DNA of 64,000 bases from Balanoglossus misakiensis (lineage: Eukaryota > Animalia > Hemichordata), in assembly GCA_040954595.2 (NCBI GenBank), contig CM082584.2, forward strand, positions 7,087,919 through 7,151,918. The letters run 5' to 3'. Below the pieces are notes generated by a model, which worked only from the letters and a program-made list of their open reading frames with translations, had not been told where the DNA came from and searched no databases. This document shows, one piece after another, positions 1 to 13,900 of the stretch (its first letter is position 1; each line of letters starts with the position of its first letter). A program made the position numbers and the translations under genes.

Positions 1-293
1 GCCAGTTACCATGGAAATTGAGTGCTGGCCAACAGTTCAGCAGTGTTACATGTCAATGAAACATTTGAGGATTTTTTGTGTATGTAGATACTTAGTACAT
101 GTACTTTCTTCTGAACACTGAGCTCGCGAGAAAACCTCATGAAAACTTCATTTATACAGTCTGTGTCAGTGGTACATTTGCATAGTTCTGTCCAAACGTA
201 CTGAACATGTTTCTCTTTATGTCTTTCAAAAATCCTTCATTTTTACTGAGAAATTCCTGCATGCAATTTACTCCTTGTTTGCCATGTTTTCAG

Positions 294-941
294 GATATAC
301 TGATTTATCAGTGGAGGGTAGATGGAGATGGGTGAACTGTAGAGATTCCTCAGAATGGGATCTGGGCAACTGGGAACCAGGGCAGCCATCAAATGGAACT
401 GATGAAGACTGTGCTATCGCAAACACTAATATGAAGTGGGAAGACAGAAACTGCAATAATGAGTTGCCTTATGTTTGTAAGATCCACTTCAAAGGTAAGT
501 CCATTGAAATTTGAAATATTGACTTGATAAGTAGGACTAGTGTTGCCTAACATCAAATATATGCATATTGCTTCTCTTTGAACATATACTCAGTGTGTTT
601 TTCTACAATTTTCTACAAATATATTTTTTCAACAATTTCAGACTTTGACTGGGAAGATATCAATGTCCAGGCTGTGTATGCAGATGGCATCTCACCATAT
701 GCAGTCCATGTCACCTGGGATGTGTCCGAGTACAACTGTGATGTGGTTGGCTATCAAGTCAGATACAGACGAGATGATTGGCTGGGAGGTTATTCCTATG
801 TGTATGTGGTGGGTGGTGACAGGGATGAAGTAACTCTGATAGACTTGGAAAGTTCCACCACTTATGTGGTGTATGTGGCTGCAGATACAACCAGGCAACT
901 ATTGGCCTACGTCGGACCAGCCTATGCACAGACCCATGAAG
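294..941 (+). CDS. Unit 0 (partial): 3' exon of a C-type lectin domain plus an FN3 exon
   Basis: Exons 294-494 (GYTDLSVEGRWRWVNC...ELPYVCKIHFK) and 642-941 (DFDWEDINVQAV...AQTHE), each bounded by AG/GT. Confidence 0.88.
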
Positions 942-3900
942 GTAGGATAACTATGAAATGCATCGCTTGAAATTTCGAACTCTTCAGTTGGTATCTTATC
1001 CACATAAAAAGCTTTGATATTTGTAATTGTTTATGAAAAAACTCTAACACATTTTCTTGTACCTGTGTCTTTTGTTGATAGTTGTGAAGCTTCCAGAACC
1101 TATAGTTGAACCAGAGAAACCGTGTGGTGGAAATTATACAACAAAAGGAGGAAACATGGTTCAGATCTCTTCGCCAAATTATCCAGAAGCATATGACCAC
1201 AATTCAGTGCGTATCATTATATATTGTTTTTAAAACATGAGTTAAAACTTATGGGTCACCATGTAATTTTTAGATTTTGCAGACTACTAGATGACATAGC
1301 ATCAGTTATATGAATATCCGTGTTTTGATGTTTTGATATTAACATTTGTAGCGCAAGTTTCAAATGTGTTCCTCTATTGAACTGTACTTCCTATATCTTC
1401 TTACCAGTACTGTGAATGGTTTGTAGAAGCCTCAGCTGAAGACAAGGTGCTCATTGTACACATCCGTGACTTTTTCACCGAGCGATGGTTTGATATTCTG
1501 GACATCGGAGAAGGCAGTGAAATAGATGAATCACTGGTACATAGTATCTCTGGTTTCCTTGCACCATTTGAATACTGGACATCATCAACACATCAGCTGT
1601 GGCTGACATTTACAACTGATAGCACTTTCAGATATAGAGGATTCTATCTCGAAATTGAAGAAGTTGATCAAGGTAATGAATGCCATATTTGTTTCAGGAA
1701 ATGTTTCATCCCATATGGTGTGCAAAACACCAGCAAGACAACAGTTATTTCAGATTTTGTATAAAAATGTTCTGAGGCTCACCAATATATACAATCCTCT
1801 TTATGGTCATCCACCATCTTCTGTACATGTATTTAGCACATTCCATCCCTTCTACAGAAACAGCAGTACCAACACCAAAACCATTACCAACAGAAGATCC
1901 ACCAGAAGCCAGACCGTGCGGTGAGAACTACACAATACCAGCCAATGGCTATCTGAATCTGACATCACCAAACTATCCTGACGACTATGAGAATGATCTC
2001 AACTGTGTGTGGTACTATGACACAGAGACTGGGAACAGAATCGGTGTCACCTTCATCTTCTTTGACACGGAGTACTGCCATGATTGGTTGGAAGTTGGAA
2101 ATGGAGACAACCACAAGGAGTTGTTGACGTCTATTGTTAGAGTGTCTGGTGATTATTCTAGTGGTCCACCTGAATCTGTCTCATCCACTGGTAGTAGAGT
2201 GTGGGTGACGTTTACATCAGACTATTCTGAGACCAGACAAGGTTTCCACATTCAGTTGAGGGAAATCACTACAGGTAAGTATCAATTTTCCTATCACCAA
2301 TCAGACTATTCTGATATCAAAAACGGTGTTCATATCTTTTGCAATTGAATATGAAATCAGAAGTTATGTGTTGTTTATCTTTTCAGATCCAGATTGTGGT
2401 GATTCCCATGTCCTTCCTGGAACTGTTGGATCCTCTGTTGCCATCACATCACGTAACTACCCAAGCAATTATGACAGCAATGAACACTGTCTATGGAACA
2501 TCAACATTGATGATCAGAGTTCCGAAGATTTGCATATTTACTTCCGTGTGACCGAGTTGGATACAGAGGTGAACTTTGATTGGTTGGAAGTTGGTTCTGG
2601 GTCAGATGAGCTGGATTACTCCTCCTTGTTGTATCGTTTCTCTGGAAATCAAGAAGGAGAGTCTTACTTCACGGACCAGACAGATTTGTGGTCTGTGTGG
2701 ACAAGTGATCTCTCAAACACTGGTAGAGGGTTCAATGTCACCTACTTCACAGGTAAATATGCAACAGTTGAATAATCAAATCTGTGTGTCATGCCAATGT
2801 CAGATAAGCCACTATGTTGAACTATTTCTCTTTTGTATGCTTTGCCTTCTGCATATATTCTTTCATAAAATGATGTGCTGAAAATGCAATTCTCATCATC
2901 TCTCACACAGTTGTACCATGTGGTGGACATTTGAATGCACCTGATGAAATCACATCTCCATTATTCCCAATGAACTATCCGCATGGAAGTTCCTGTTCAT
3001 GGAATATCCATGTCAGCGCTGGCAGTCTTATTGAAATCGTATTTCATGATTTCCATCTGGAAGATGGTTATGATTATCTCTACATCTATGAAGGAACAAG
3101 TGAAGACACATCTGCTGTTGTGGTGAGAACAATTTTGCTGTGTGTCGTTAATAATTCAATGCTCACTTTTAGTTCAAAACTAATATCTCAGCTACTAGCT
3201 GTTTGAAGATTATGTCTTCTAAAGTTTCTTTGAATTAATATGCATACAGTTCTTGACAGAATAATAATTGTCTTTGTAACATCTGACAGGAGTTGACAGG
3301 AGAAGAGATACCCAAGACTACAATCATCAATTCAGACGCTGCACTATTAGTTTTCACCTCTGACATCACAATCAGTGGAGGAGGATTCAGACTGTCATTC
3401 AATGAATACAATGAAGGTATATACACGATTTCATGTAATTCTCAGTTATCGGAAAATTCAGGCATGAGATATTATTGAATCTGTACTCTTTATACAACTC
3501 AGTTTTCATAATTTTAGAACAAATGTGTCTGTAGATGAGTTTATTCATAAATGAAGCATATCGTTCACCCCAAGAGTAGGCATTAATTGACTTCAACATA
3601 ATAAGAACCATTTATTGACTACATATTATTAATTATTATTTCTGTTCACAGATATCTTACCTGCCAAACCTTGTGGTGGTAATTATGAAGCCAAGTATGA
3701 TTCTATCCTGGTAATCCAGTCACCCAATTACCCATCCAACTATTATGACAGTGACCTCTGTCGCTGGAACATCACTTCACCAGAAAACACCAGAATGACG
3801 GTCACTTTCCGAGACTTTGTGACAGAAGATGGCTATGATTGGGTGGATATTGGAGATGGTTTAGATGATAGTGACATAACAACAAGGGTTCTACATCATT

Positions 3901-4413
3901 CCGGAGAAACACTACCATCACCCCTTATGTCCATGGATACAGAACTGTGGATAAGCTTCATCAGTGATGAAGATAATAATTACAAAGGATTCCTGCTGCA
4001 AATTGAAGTCATCAATGATAGTGAGTGCTTCTCTAGTTATACAATTGGATTTTGAAGGAGAATTTCTTAGAAGTCTGGGAATAAACTAAAATCTGGCAAT
4101 TTAATTTGATACAGAATTATCCAGTTCATGTTTCCATTGTATGTAACTACCAATATTTTGTCCGTTTCAGCTGAGACATCTGAACCAAAGCCGACTGTAC
4201 CACCCAGTCCAACACCAGTAACTCCTCCAGTCTGTGGTGAGCATATCATTGTACCAGCAGTGGGAGAGATAGAGGTGATTTCTCCAAACTATCCCGATGC
4301 AAACTATGACAACAATCTGTACTGTGAATGGACAGTGAATACCACAACACCTGGTAGAAGAATTCGAGTGAATTTCCTAGATTTCAGTACAGAACGCAGG
4401 TAAGCATAGGCGC

Positions 4414-4451
<38 letters not shown>

Positions 4452-7400
4452 ATTGTTTTTCTTACAATTGTACACTTTAGATGGAGTAACAGAACGTGAA
4501 ATGATGGGAGTAGTTTCAGTTTGTTTAGCTCATGAGTGTTTGTGATAATTCCTGAAATCACAATTTTGTTTACAGATTTGATTACCTGGAACTGGGTGAT
4601 GGTGTGGACTCAACCATTCGTCGGTCACTGGTCAGAAGAGAGTCTGGATCAAGGTTACCTCGACCTCACACAACACTGACTGATCAGATGTGGTTATTAT
4701 TCATCACAGATAATTCCATCACTTATCCAGGATTTAGATTGACACTGCAAGAAGAACAAGGTAGTCAGGATTTCACAATGAATACCCCTGATATCACAGA
4801 TGTTAATGTTGTTAGATCGCAATTTAACAACTTAAGTTTTGGTTTATGGCTGGTGCCATAGTACTGGTAGAGCTGTGATTTTCAATCATTTTTGATTTGA
4901 AACACCTAAGAGTGATATACTCTTGCACTTTTGATCTCACAATCTCCTCTTTTCATCCTGTCCAGACTGTATCAATGAAACTGTACATATTCCATCTGGT
5001 GGTGTAGCAAGAATACAATCACCATACTATCCCAATGTTTATGATCACAATACATTCTGTGAGTGGAAGGTGACTGCAGAGGCTGGACACAACATACATG
5101 CAGTTGTCAATGAATTTGACACAGGTAAAGATTTAATGGCCAGAATTGTTTTTTGGCAGATTTTTATCTTTATATAACAGTGAAATTATGTGGGTAACTT
5201 TTTGAAAGTTTTTTTTGTCTTTATATCACACCACTAAATAACCATTCGTTTCCCTTCGAACACAGAGATGGGCTATGACTTTGTGGATGTTGGTTCTGGT
5301 CAAAACACTCTTGATCTGACGACAAGAATGTTACATGTTGCTGGTTACTCTGACCCGACCACTTTCTACACTGGTACTGATCAGATTTGGATGACCTTCA
5401 TATCTGACAACACTATTGCCAGGAAAGGATTTCAGATTGATCTCTATGATAGTAAGTTGGCAATAAATCACTTCTACACTGTATGTTTGCATTCACATCA
5501 ACAGCATCTGTTGCTATGCACATCATTGAATGGTATTGTTGTTATTTCACAAAATTGTACTAAACTAACATCAATCTGTGGCATTTGCAAATGATTCATT
5601 CTTGAATAGAGATTGTTAACTTTTTGAAAATTGTTTTATTAAACATCAAATCACATTTTTCTTCTTCCCAGACGGTTGTCAGAGAATGGATTACACCTCA
5701 GAACCTGGAGTCATCAATTCACCCAACTATCCCAATGACTATCCCAACCATGCTGACTGTGTGTGGACAATCAGTCTTGGAGAAAACGAGAGAATCAAGA
5801 TCACTTTCATCGATTTCAATCTTGAATCTGACTATGATAGACTGCTGATAGGAGAGGGAACTGATCCAAATTCGGATCAGTATGTGGTAAGTCTTGGTTA
5901 TATTGGATTGAAGCAGAATGTTCTGTAAAATGGTCTAATGTTAATATTGTCATTTGTGTTTTTGTTAACTGAAACATTTTGTACCATTACAGGAGCTAAC
6001 AGGTCCAGATCTTCCAGAGCCAATTGTCAGTAGTGGTAATGAAATGTGGTTACGTTTCCAGACAGACTGGAGTATAGTCAACAAAGGCTTCAATCTCACA
6101 TATGAATTTGACTGTGAGTACACTATATTGTATGTTAATACCTGCAAAACATCAAAATGTAATTGCTATCTCACTGCCGAAATTTGATAGATGCATGTAA
6201 GGGAAAGTTTGCATTTTTTGTTATATTTCTTGACTCTGCCTTCATTTCTGTTCATAGACTTTAATTATAACATGTTTGTGATTATTTTGTAGGCATTGAA
6301 GGTTATGAGAAACACTGGGTTGGTGAGGATGCAAGATGCTACAAATTTGTCAATGATCCCAAACCCTGGAATGAAAGCAGAGAAGATTGCTTGGCTACTG
6401 AAAATGGTGATCTGGTCATCATCAATGATCAGACAGAAGTGGAACTTGTCAGCAGAGAAATGAACGCTAACAAATATTGGATAGGTAATGTATAATGATG
6501 GACTATAAGAAACGCAAATAAATCTGACTGCTGTTTGGGAGCGGAAGGGGTCAAAAACTATGTGCACAATTGCAAGAGTTGCTGTGCCTGTTGACAGACA
6601 TAGAAGTTTCAACATCTGGAACTTTATTTCATACATGTAGGTTACAGTGACATTTCAGTGGAGGGTAGATGGAGATGGATAGATTGCAGAGACTCTTCAG
6701 AATGGGATCTTGGCAACTGGGCCCCTGGGCAGCCATCCAATGGTACTGATGAAGACTGTGCTGTTGTTGATGCTGATAATAAATGGCAAGATGAAGTCTG
6801 TAGTGATGCTTTGCCATATGTCTGTGAACTCAATCCGAAAGGTAAATACACCGTTAACTTTATAGAGGAATACCTGGTAGTATTCATATGAGATAACTCA
6901 TTTTTCTTAAGTGCAGCTGTTATTGGAATACAACTTGACAACAAGCAGTATCCAGTATTGACATCAAATGAATTTCTTTTAGAGTTCAACTGGGATGATG
7001 CTAATGTCCAGGCTGTGTATGCAGAAGGCATCTCACCATATGCAGTCCATGTCACCTGGGATGTGTCCGAGTACAACTGTGATGTGATTGGCTATCAAGT
7101 CAGATACAGACGAGATGATTGGCTGGGAGGTTATTCCTACGTGTATGTGGTGGGTGGTGACAGGGATGAAGTCACTCTGACAGACTTGGAAAGTTCCACC
7201 ACTTATGTGGTCTATGTGGCTGCAGATACAACCAGGCAACTATTGGCCTACGTCGGACCAGCCTATGCACAGACCCATGAAGGTAGTTTTTGTGTTTAAT
7301 AAAGTGTTTATAAATAACTAGGATTTAATGATTACTCTACTAGGTTGAGTGTACTGTTCATGCTATAAAAGAGAGTGTTTGCAGTTTGTTGTTAGTTTCC

Positions 7401-10400
7401 AAAATTCTATAAACTCTAAAGTGGCCAATTGCATGAAGTAGTGCCATGTTTCTTGTCATGTTTAGGAATTTGGATCAGCTGTGTTTTGGGTGCACTTTAC
7501 TTGTACATATAAACCCCCTAGATTAATTTGAATTATATAAGATTGTGAGATAATGTTTGTCGTTCTTTCTCTGTTTCATAGTTGTCAAGCTTCCAGAACC
7601 TATAGTAGAACCAGAAAAACCATGTGGTGGAAACTATACAACCAAAGATGGAAATGTAGTTGTAATCACATCTCCAAATTACCCAGACTTTTATGACCAC
7701 AATTCAGTAAGTTCCTTTGGCCAATGCACAAGTTAATATTTGTCTCACTAATAGAAACGCTTAATTCGTCACCATTCATTATTAGAATTACACTTACATG
7801 TACTTACTTTTTAGGTTTTAGCATTCCAAATCAGTTAACGCACACTTGACTGTAGTAAATCATGGAAACAATATTGTTCCGGTAAATATAGACCTGTACT
7901 TTCTATATCTTCTCATCAGTACTGTGAATGGTTTGTAGAAGCCTCAGCTGAAGACAAGGTGCTCATAGTACACATCCGTGACTTTTTCACCGAGCGATGG
8001 TTTGATATTCTGGACATCGGAGAAGGCAGTGAAGTCGATGAATCACTGGTACATAGTATCTCTGGTTTCCTTGCACCATTTGAATACTGGACATCATCTA
8101 CACATCAGCTGTGGCTGACATTTACAACTGATAGCACTTTCAGATATCGAGGATTCTACCTTGAAATTGAAGAAGTTGATCAAGGTAATGAATGCCATAT
8201 TTGTTCAGGATTTTTTTCATCCTATAATATAGTGTGCAAAACACAAGCTAGACAACAGTTTTTTTTTCAGATTTTGTGTATAAATGTTCCTAGGCTCACC
8301 GACATATAAATCTCCTTTATACATTTGTACTATGGTCTTCTGTACATGTACTTAACACATTCCATCCCTTCTACAGAAACAGTCGTACCAACACCAAAGC
8401 CATTACCAACAGAGGATCCACCAGAAGCCAGGCCATGTAGTGAGAACTTCACAATACCAGCCAATGGCTATCTGAATCTGACATCACCGAACTATCCTGA
8501 CGACTACGAGAATGATCTGAACTGTGTGTGGTACTATGACACAGAGACTGGGAACAGAATCAGTGTCACCTTCATCTTCTTCGACACTGAGTACTGCCAT
8601 GATTGGTTGGAAGTTGGAAATGGAGACAACCACAAGGAGTTATTGACTTCTATTGTTCGAGTGTCTGGTGATTATTCTAGTGGTCCACCTGAGTCTGTCT
8701 CATCCACTGGTAGTAGAGTGTGGGTGACATTTACATCAGACTATTCTGAGACCAGACAAGGTTTCCACATTCAGTTGAGGGAAATCACTACAGGTAAGTA
8801 TCAATTTTCCTAACACCAATCAGGCTATTCTGATACCGAAAATGATGTTCATATCTTCTGCAATTGAATTTGAAATCAAAATTAGATCATTGACTCCGAA
8901 ATTTTATGAAAAATGCTTAACCTATACTTGTGTGAATATTTGCAGACCAAGGTTATACTTTGTGTTGTTTATCTTTTCAGATCCAGATTGTGGTGATTCC
9001 CATGTTCTTCCTGGAACTGTTGGATCCTCTGTTGCCATCACATCACGTAACTACCCAAGCAATTATGACAGCAATGAACACTGTCTATGGAACATCAACA
9101 TTGATGATCAGAGTTCAGAAGATCTGCATATTTACTTCCGTGTGACCGAGTTGGTTACAGAGGCCAACTTTGATTGGTTGGAAGTTGGTTCCGGGTCAGA
9201 TGAGTTGGATTACTCCTCCTTGTTGTATCGTTTCTCTGGAAATCAAGAAGGAGAGTCTTACTTCACGGACCAGACAGATTTGTGGTCTGTGTGGACCAGT
9301 GATCTCTCAAACACTGGTAGAGGGTTCAATGTCACCTACTTCACAGGTAAATATGCAACAGTTGAATAATCATATTTGTGTGTTATGCCAATGTCAGATA
9401 AGCCAGTATTACAATGTTGAACTCTTCCTCTTTTGTATGCCTTGCCTTCTGCATATGTGCTTTCATCAAATTATCTGCTGAAAGCATAATACAATTCTCA
9501 TCATCTCTCACACAGTTGTACCATGTGGTGGACATTTGAATGCACCTGATGAAATCACATCTCCATTATTCCCAATGAACTATCCACATGGAAGTTCCTG
9601 TTCATGGAATATCCACGTCAGTGCTGGCAGTCTCATTGAAATCGTATTCCATGATTTCCATCTGGAAGATGGTTATGATTATCTCTACATCTATGAAGGG
9701 ACAAGTGAAGACACAACTGCTGTTGTGGTGAGAACAATTTTGCTGTGTGTCGGTAATAATTCAAGACTCACTGGGAAACGCCAGAGATAGTGGCAGATGA
9801 TTCGAGCAGTTTAGTCAAAATTAATCATGACAGAATAATAATTGCCTTTGTTACATCTGACAGGAGTTGACAGGAGAGGAGATGCCCAAGACTACAATCA
9901 TCAATTCAGACACTGCACTATTAGTGTTTACCTCTGACATCACAATCAGTGGAGGTGGATTCAGACTGTCATTCAATGAATACAACGAAGGTATAAACAT
10001 CATGTGTAATTCTTAGTGGTAAAAATCAGACATGAGACCTCATTCAATCTGTACTCGTTCTGAAACTCAGTTTTCATAATTTTAGAACAACTCAGTCTGT
10101 AGATGAGTATATTTATAAATGAAGCATATCTTTCACCCCTATAGTAGGCATTAATTGACATCAACATAATAAGAACCATTTATTGACTACTAATATTATT
10201 TTTCTATGCTCAGATATCTTGCCTGCCAAGCCCTGTGGTGGTAATTACGAAGCCAAATACGACTCAATCCTGGTAATCCAGTCACCCAATTACCCATCCA
10301 ACTATTATGACAGTGACCTCTGTCGCTGGAACATCACTTCACCAGAAAACACCAGAATGACGGTCACTTTCCGAGACTTTGTGACAGAAGATGGCTATGA

Positions 10401-10921
10401 TTGGGTGGATATTGGAGATGGTTTAGATGATAGTGACATAACAACAAGGGTCCTACATCATTCTGGAGAAACACTTCCATCACCCCTTATGTCCATGGAT
10501 ACAGAACTGTGGATAAGCTTCATCAGTGATGAAGATAATAATTACAAAGGATTCCTTCTGCAGATTGAAGTCATCAATGATAGTGAGTGCTTCTATAGTT
10601 ATACAAGAACGATTTGATCTTTGATACAGAATTATCCAGTTCATGTTTCCATTGTTTGTAACTAACAATAATGTGTACATTTCAGCTGAGACATCTGAAC
10701 CAAAGCCGACTGTACCACCCAGTCCTACACCAGTAACTCCCCCAGTTTGTGGTGAGCACATCATTGTCCCAGCAGTGGGAGAGATAGAGGTGATTTCTCC
10801 AAACTATCCCGATGCAAACTATGACAACAATCTGTACTGTGAATGGACAGTGAATACCACAACACCTGGTAGAAGAATTCGAGTGAATTTCCTAGATTTC
10901 AGTACAGAACGCAGGTAAGGC

Positions 10922-10967
<46 letters not shown>

Positions 10968-13900
10968 ATTTTGGGAGTTTGTGTGTCTCATGAGTACTTG
11001 TGATAATTTGATTGTAATCGTAATTTTGTTTACAGATTTGATTACCTGGAACTTGGTGATGGTATGGACTCAACAATCCGTCGATCACTTGTCAGAAGAG
11101 AGTCTGGATCAAGGTTACCACGACCACACACAACACTGACTGATCAGATGTGGTTATTATTCATCACAGATAATTCCATCACATATCCAGGCTTTAAATT
11201 GACACTGCAAGAAGAACAAGGTAGTCAGGATTTCACAATGAATAGCTCTGATATCGTATATGTGAATGTTGTTACATTGCAGTTTAACAGTTTAAGTTTT
11301 GGTTTATGGCTGGTGCCATAGTGCTGGTAGAGCTGTTATTTTCAATCATTTTTGATTTGAAACACCTGAGAGTGATATAATCTTACATTTTTGATCTCAC
11401 GATCTCCTCTTTTCATCCTGTCCAGACTGTATCAATGAAACTGTACATATTCCATCTGGTGGTGTTGCAAGAATACAATCACCATACTATCCCTATGTTT
11501 ATGATCACAATACATTCTGTGAGTGGAAGGTGACTGCAGAGGCTGGACACAACATACATGCAGTTGTCAATGAATTTGACACAGGTAAAGATTTAATGGC
11601 CACAATTTTTATTCCTGGCGACAGTTACAATTAGTTTTGATCAGATTTTAATCTTATAACAATGAAATTATGTGTGACACTTTTGAAAGATTTTTTTGTC
11701 TTTATATCACCACCACTAAATAACCCTTCTTGTCCCTTGAAACACAGAGATGGGATATGACTTTGTGGATGTTGGTTCTGGTCAAAACACTCTTGATCTG
11801 ACAACAAGAATGTTACATGTTGCTGGTTACTCTGACCCAACCACTTTCTACACTGGTACTGATCAGATTTGGATGACCTTCATATCTGACAACACTATTG
11901 CCAGGAAAGGATTTCAGATTGATCTCTATGATAGTAAGTGGGCAATAAATCACTTCTACATTGTATGTGTGCAGTTACATGAATGCTGTTATAGCTGTGC
12001 ACATCATTGAATGTTATTGTTATTTTGAATTCTAGACTTTTGATTTGATATCTATTACAAAATTTTACGAAAAAACATCAATCTATTGTATTCGCAAATG
12101 ATTGATTCTTAAATAGAGATTGTTAACTGTGTGAAAATAGTTTTATTAAATGTCAAATCACATTTTTCTTGTTCCCAGACGGTTGTCAGAGAATGGATTT
12201 CACCTCAGAACCTGGAGTCATCAATTCACCCAACTATCCCAACGACTATCCCAATCATGCTGACTGTGTGTGGACAATCAGTCTTGGAGAAAATGAGAGA
12301 ATCAAGATCACTTTTATCGATTTCAATCTTGAAACTGACTATGATAAATTGTTGATAGGAGAGGGAACTGATCCAAACTCAGATCAGTATTTGGTAAGTC
12401 TTGGTTGTTTTGGATTAAGCAGAATGTTCTGTAAAATGGTTTAATTTTGGATTTTATCAAAGTTCATTTTCTTGTACTGCCTGTGTAGAAGATATTACAG
12501 GTATGTATTTTCATCAAGTACTTATTATAAGATGTGTGAAATGGTGCTGAAATGACTTTTTAAGAATGTTGTATTTTCATCGTATTTTTGTTAATAACTG
12601 AAAGATTTTATACCATTACAGGAGCTAACAGGTCCAGACCTTCCAGAGCCAATTGTCAGTAGTGGTAATGAAATGTGGTTACGTTTCCAGACAGACTGGA
12701 GTATAGTTAACAAAGGCTTCAATCTTACTTATGAATTTGACTGTGAGTACACTATATTGTATGTTAATACCTGCAAAACATATCAAAATTTCATTGGTGT
12801 CTCACTGACGAACTTTGATAGAGATACATGCAGACTAACAGAGAGTTTTGTGATGTTTCTTTGACTGTTTACCTTCATTTTTGTTCATAGACTTTTGTCA
12901 TAAAATGTTTGTCATTCTTTTGTAGGCATTGAAGGTTATGAGAAACACTGGGTTGGTGAGGATGCAAGATGCTACAAGTTTGTCAATGATCCCAAACCCT
13001 GGAATGAAAGCAGAGAAGATTGCCTGGCGACTGAAAATGGTGATCTGGTCATCATCAACGATCAGACAGAATTGGAACTTGTCAGCAGAGAAATGAACAC
13101 TAACAAATATTGGATAGGTTACAGTGACATTTCAGTGGAGGGTAGATGGAGATGGATAGATTGCAGAGACTCCTCAGAATGGGATCTTGGCAACTGGGCC
13201 CCTGGGCAGCCATCCAATGGTACTGATGAAGACTGTGCTGTTGTTGATGCTGATAATAAATGGCAAGATGAAGTCTGTAGTGATGCTTTGCCGTATGTCT
13301 GTGAACTCAATCCAAAAGGTAGATTAAAATATACAATTAGCTTTCTAGTATGGTTGCTAGTGGTAATACATTTATTAAACGTGACTAAAAAGACACATAT
13401 ACATATATCTCTGGATTCGTTATCACTATGTTAGACTGGAAAAGTTTCCAGTATTTTCCTTCAGTTCAACTATCAGAGACACTTTTTCTAGGAATATTGA
13501 CTTTAAGTGAATTTCTTTCAGAGTTTAACTGGGATGATGCTAATGTCCAGGCTGTGTATGCAGAAGGCATCTCACCATATGCAGTCCATGTCACCTGGGA
13601 TGTGTCCGATTACAACTGTGATGTGATTGGCTATCAAGTCAGATACAGACGAGATGATTGGCTGGGAGGTTATTCCTATGTGTATGTGGTGGGTGGTGAC
13701 AGGGATGAAGTCACTCTGACAGACTTGGAAAGTTCCACCACTTATGTGGTGTATGTGGCTGCAGATACAACCAGGCAACTATTGGACTACGTCGGACCAG
13801 CCTATGCACAGACCCATGAAGGTAGTTTATATAATGTGTTTAATCAATTGTTTATAAATTAACTTGGGGTGCACTTTTCATACTATTACAGGGGATATTT

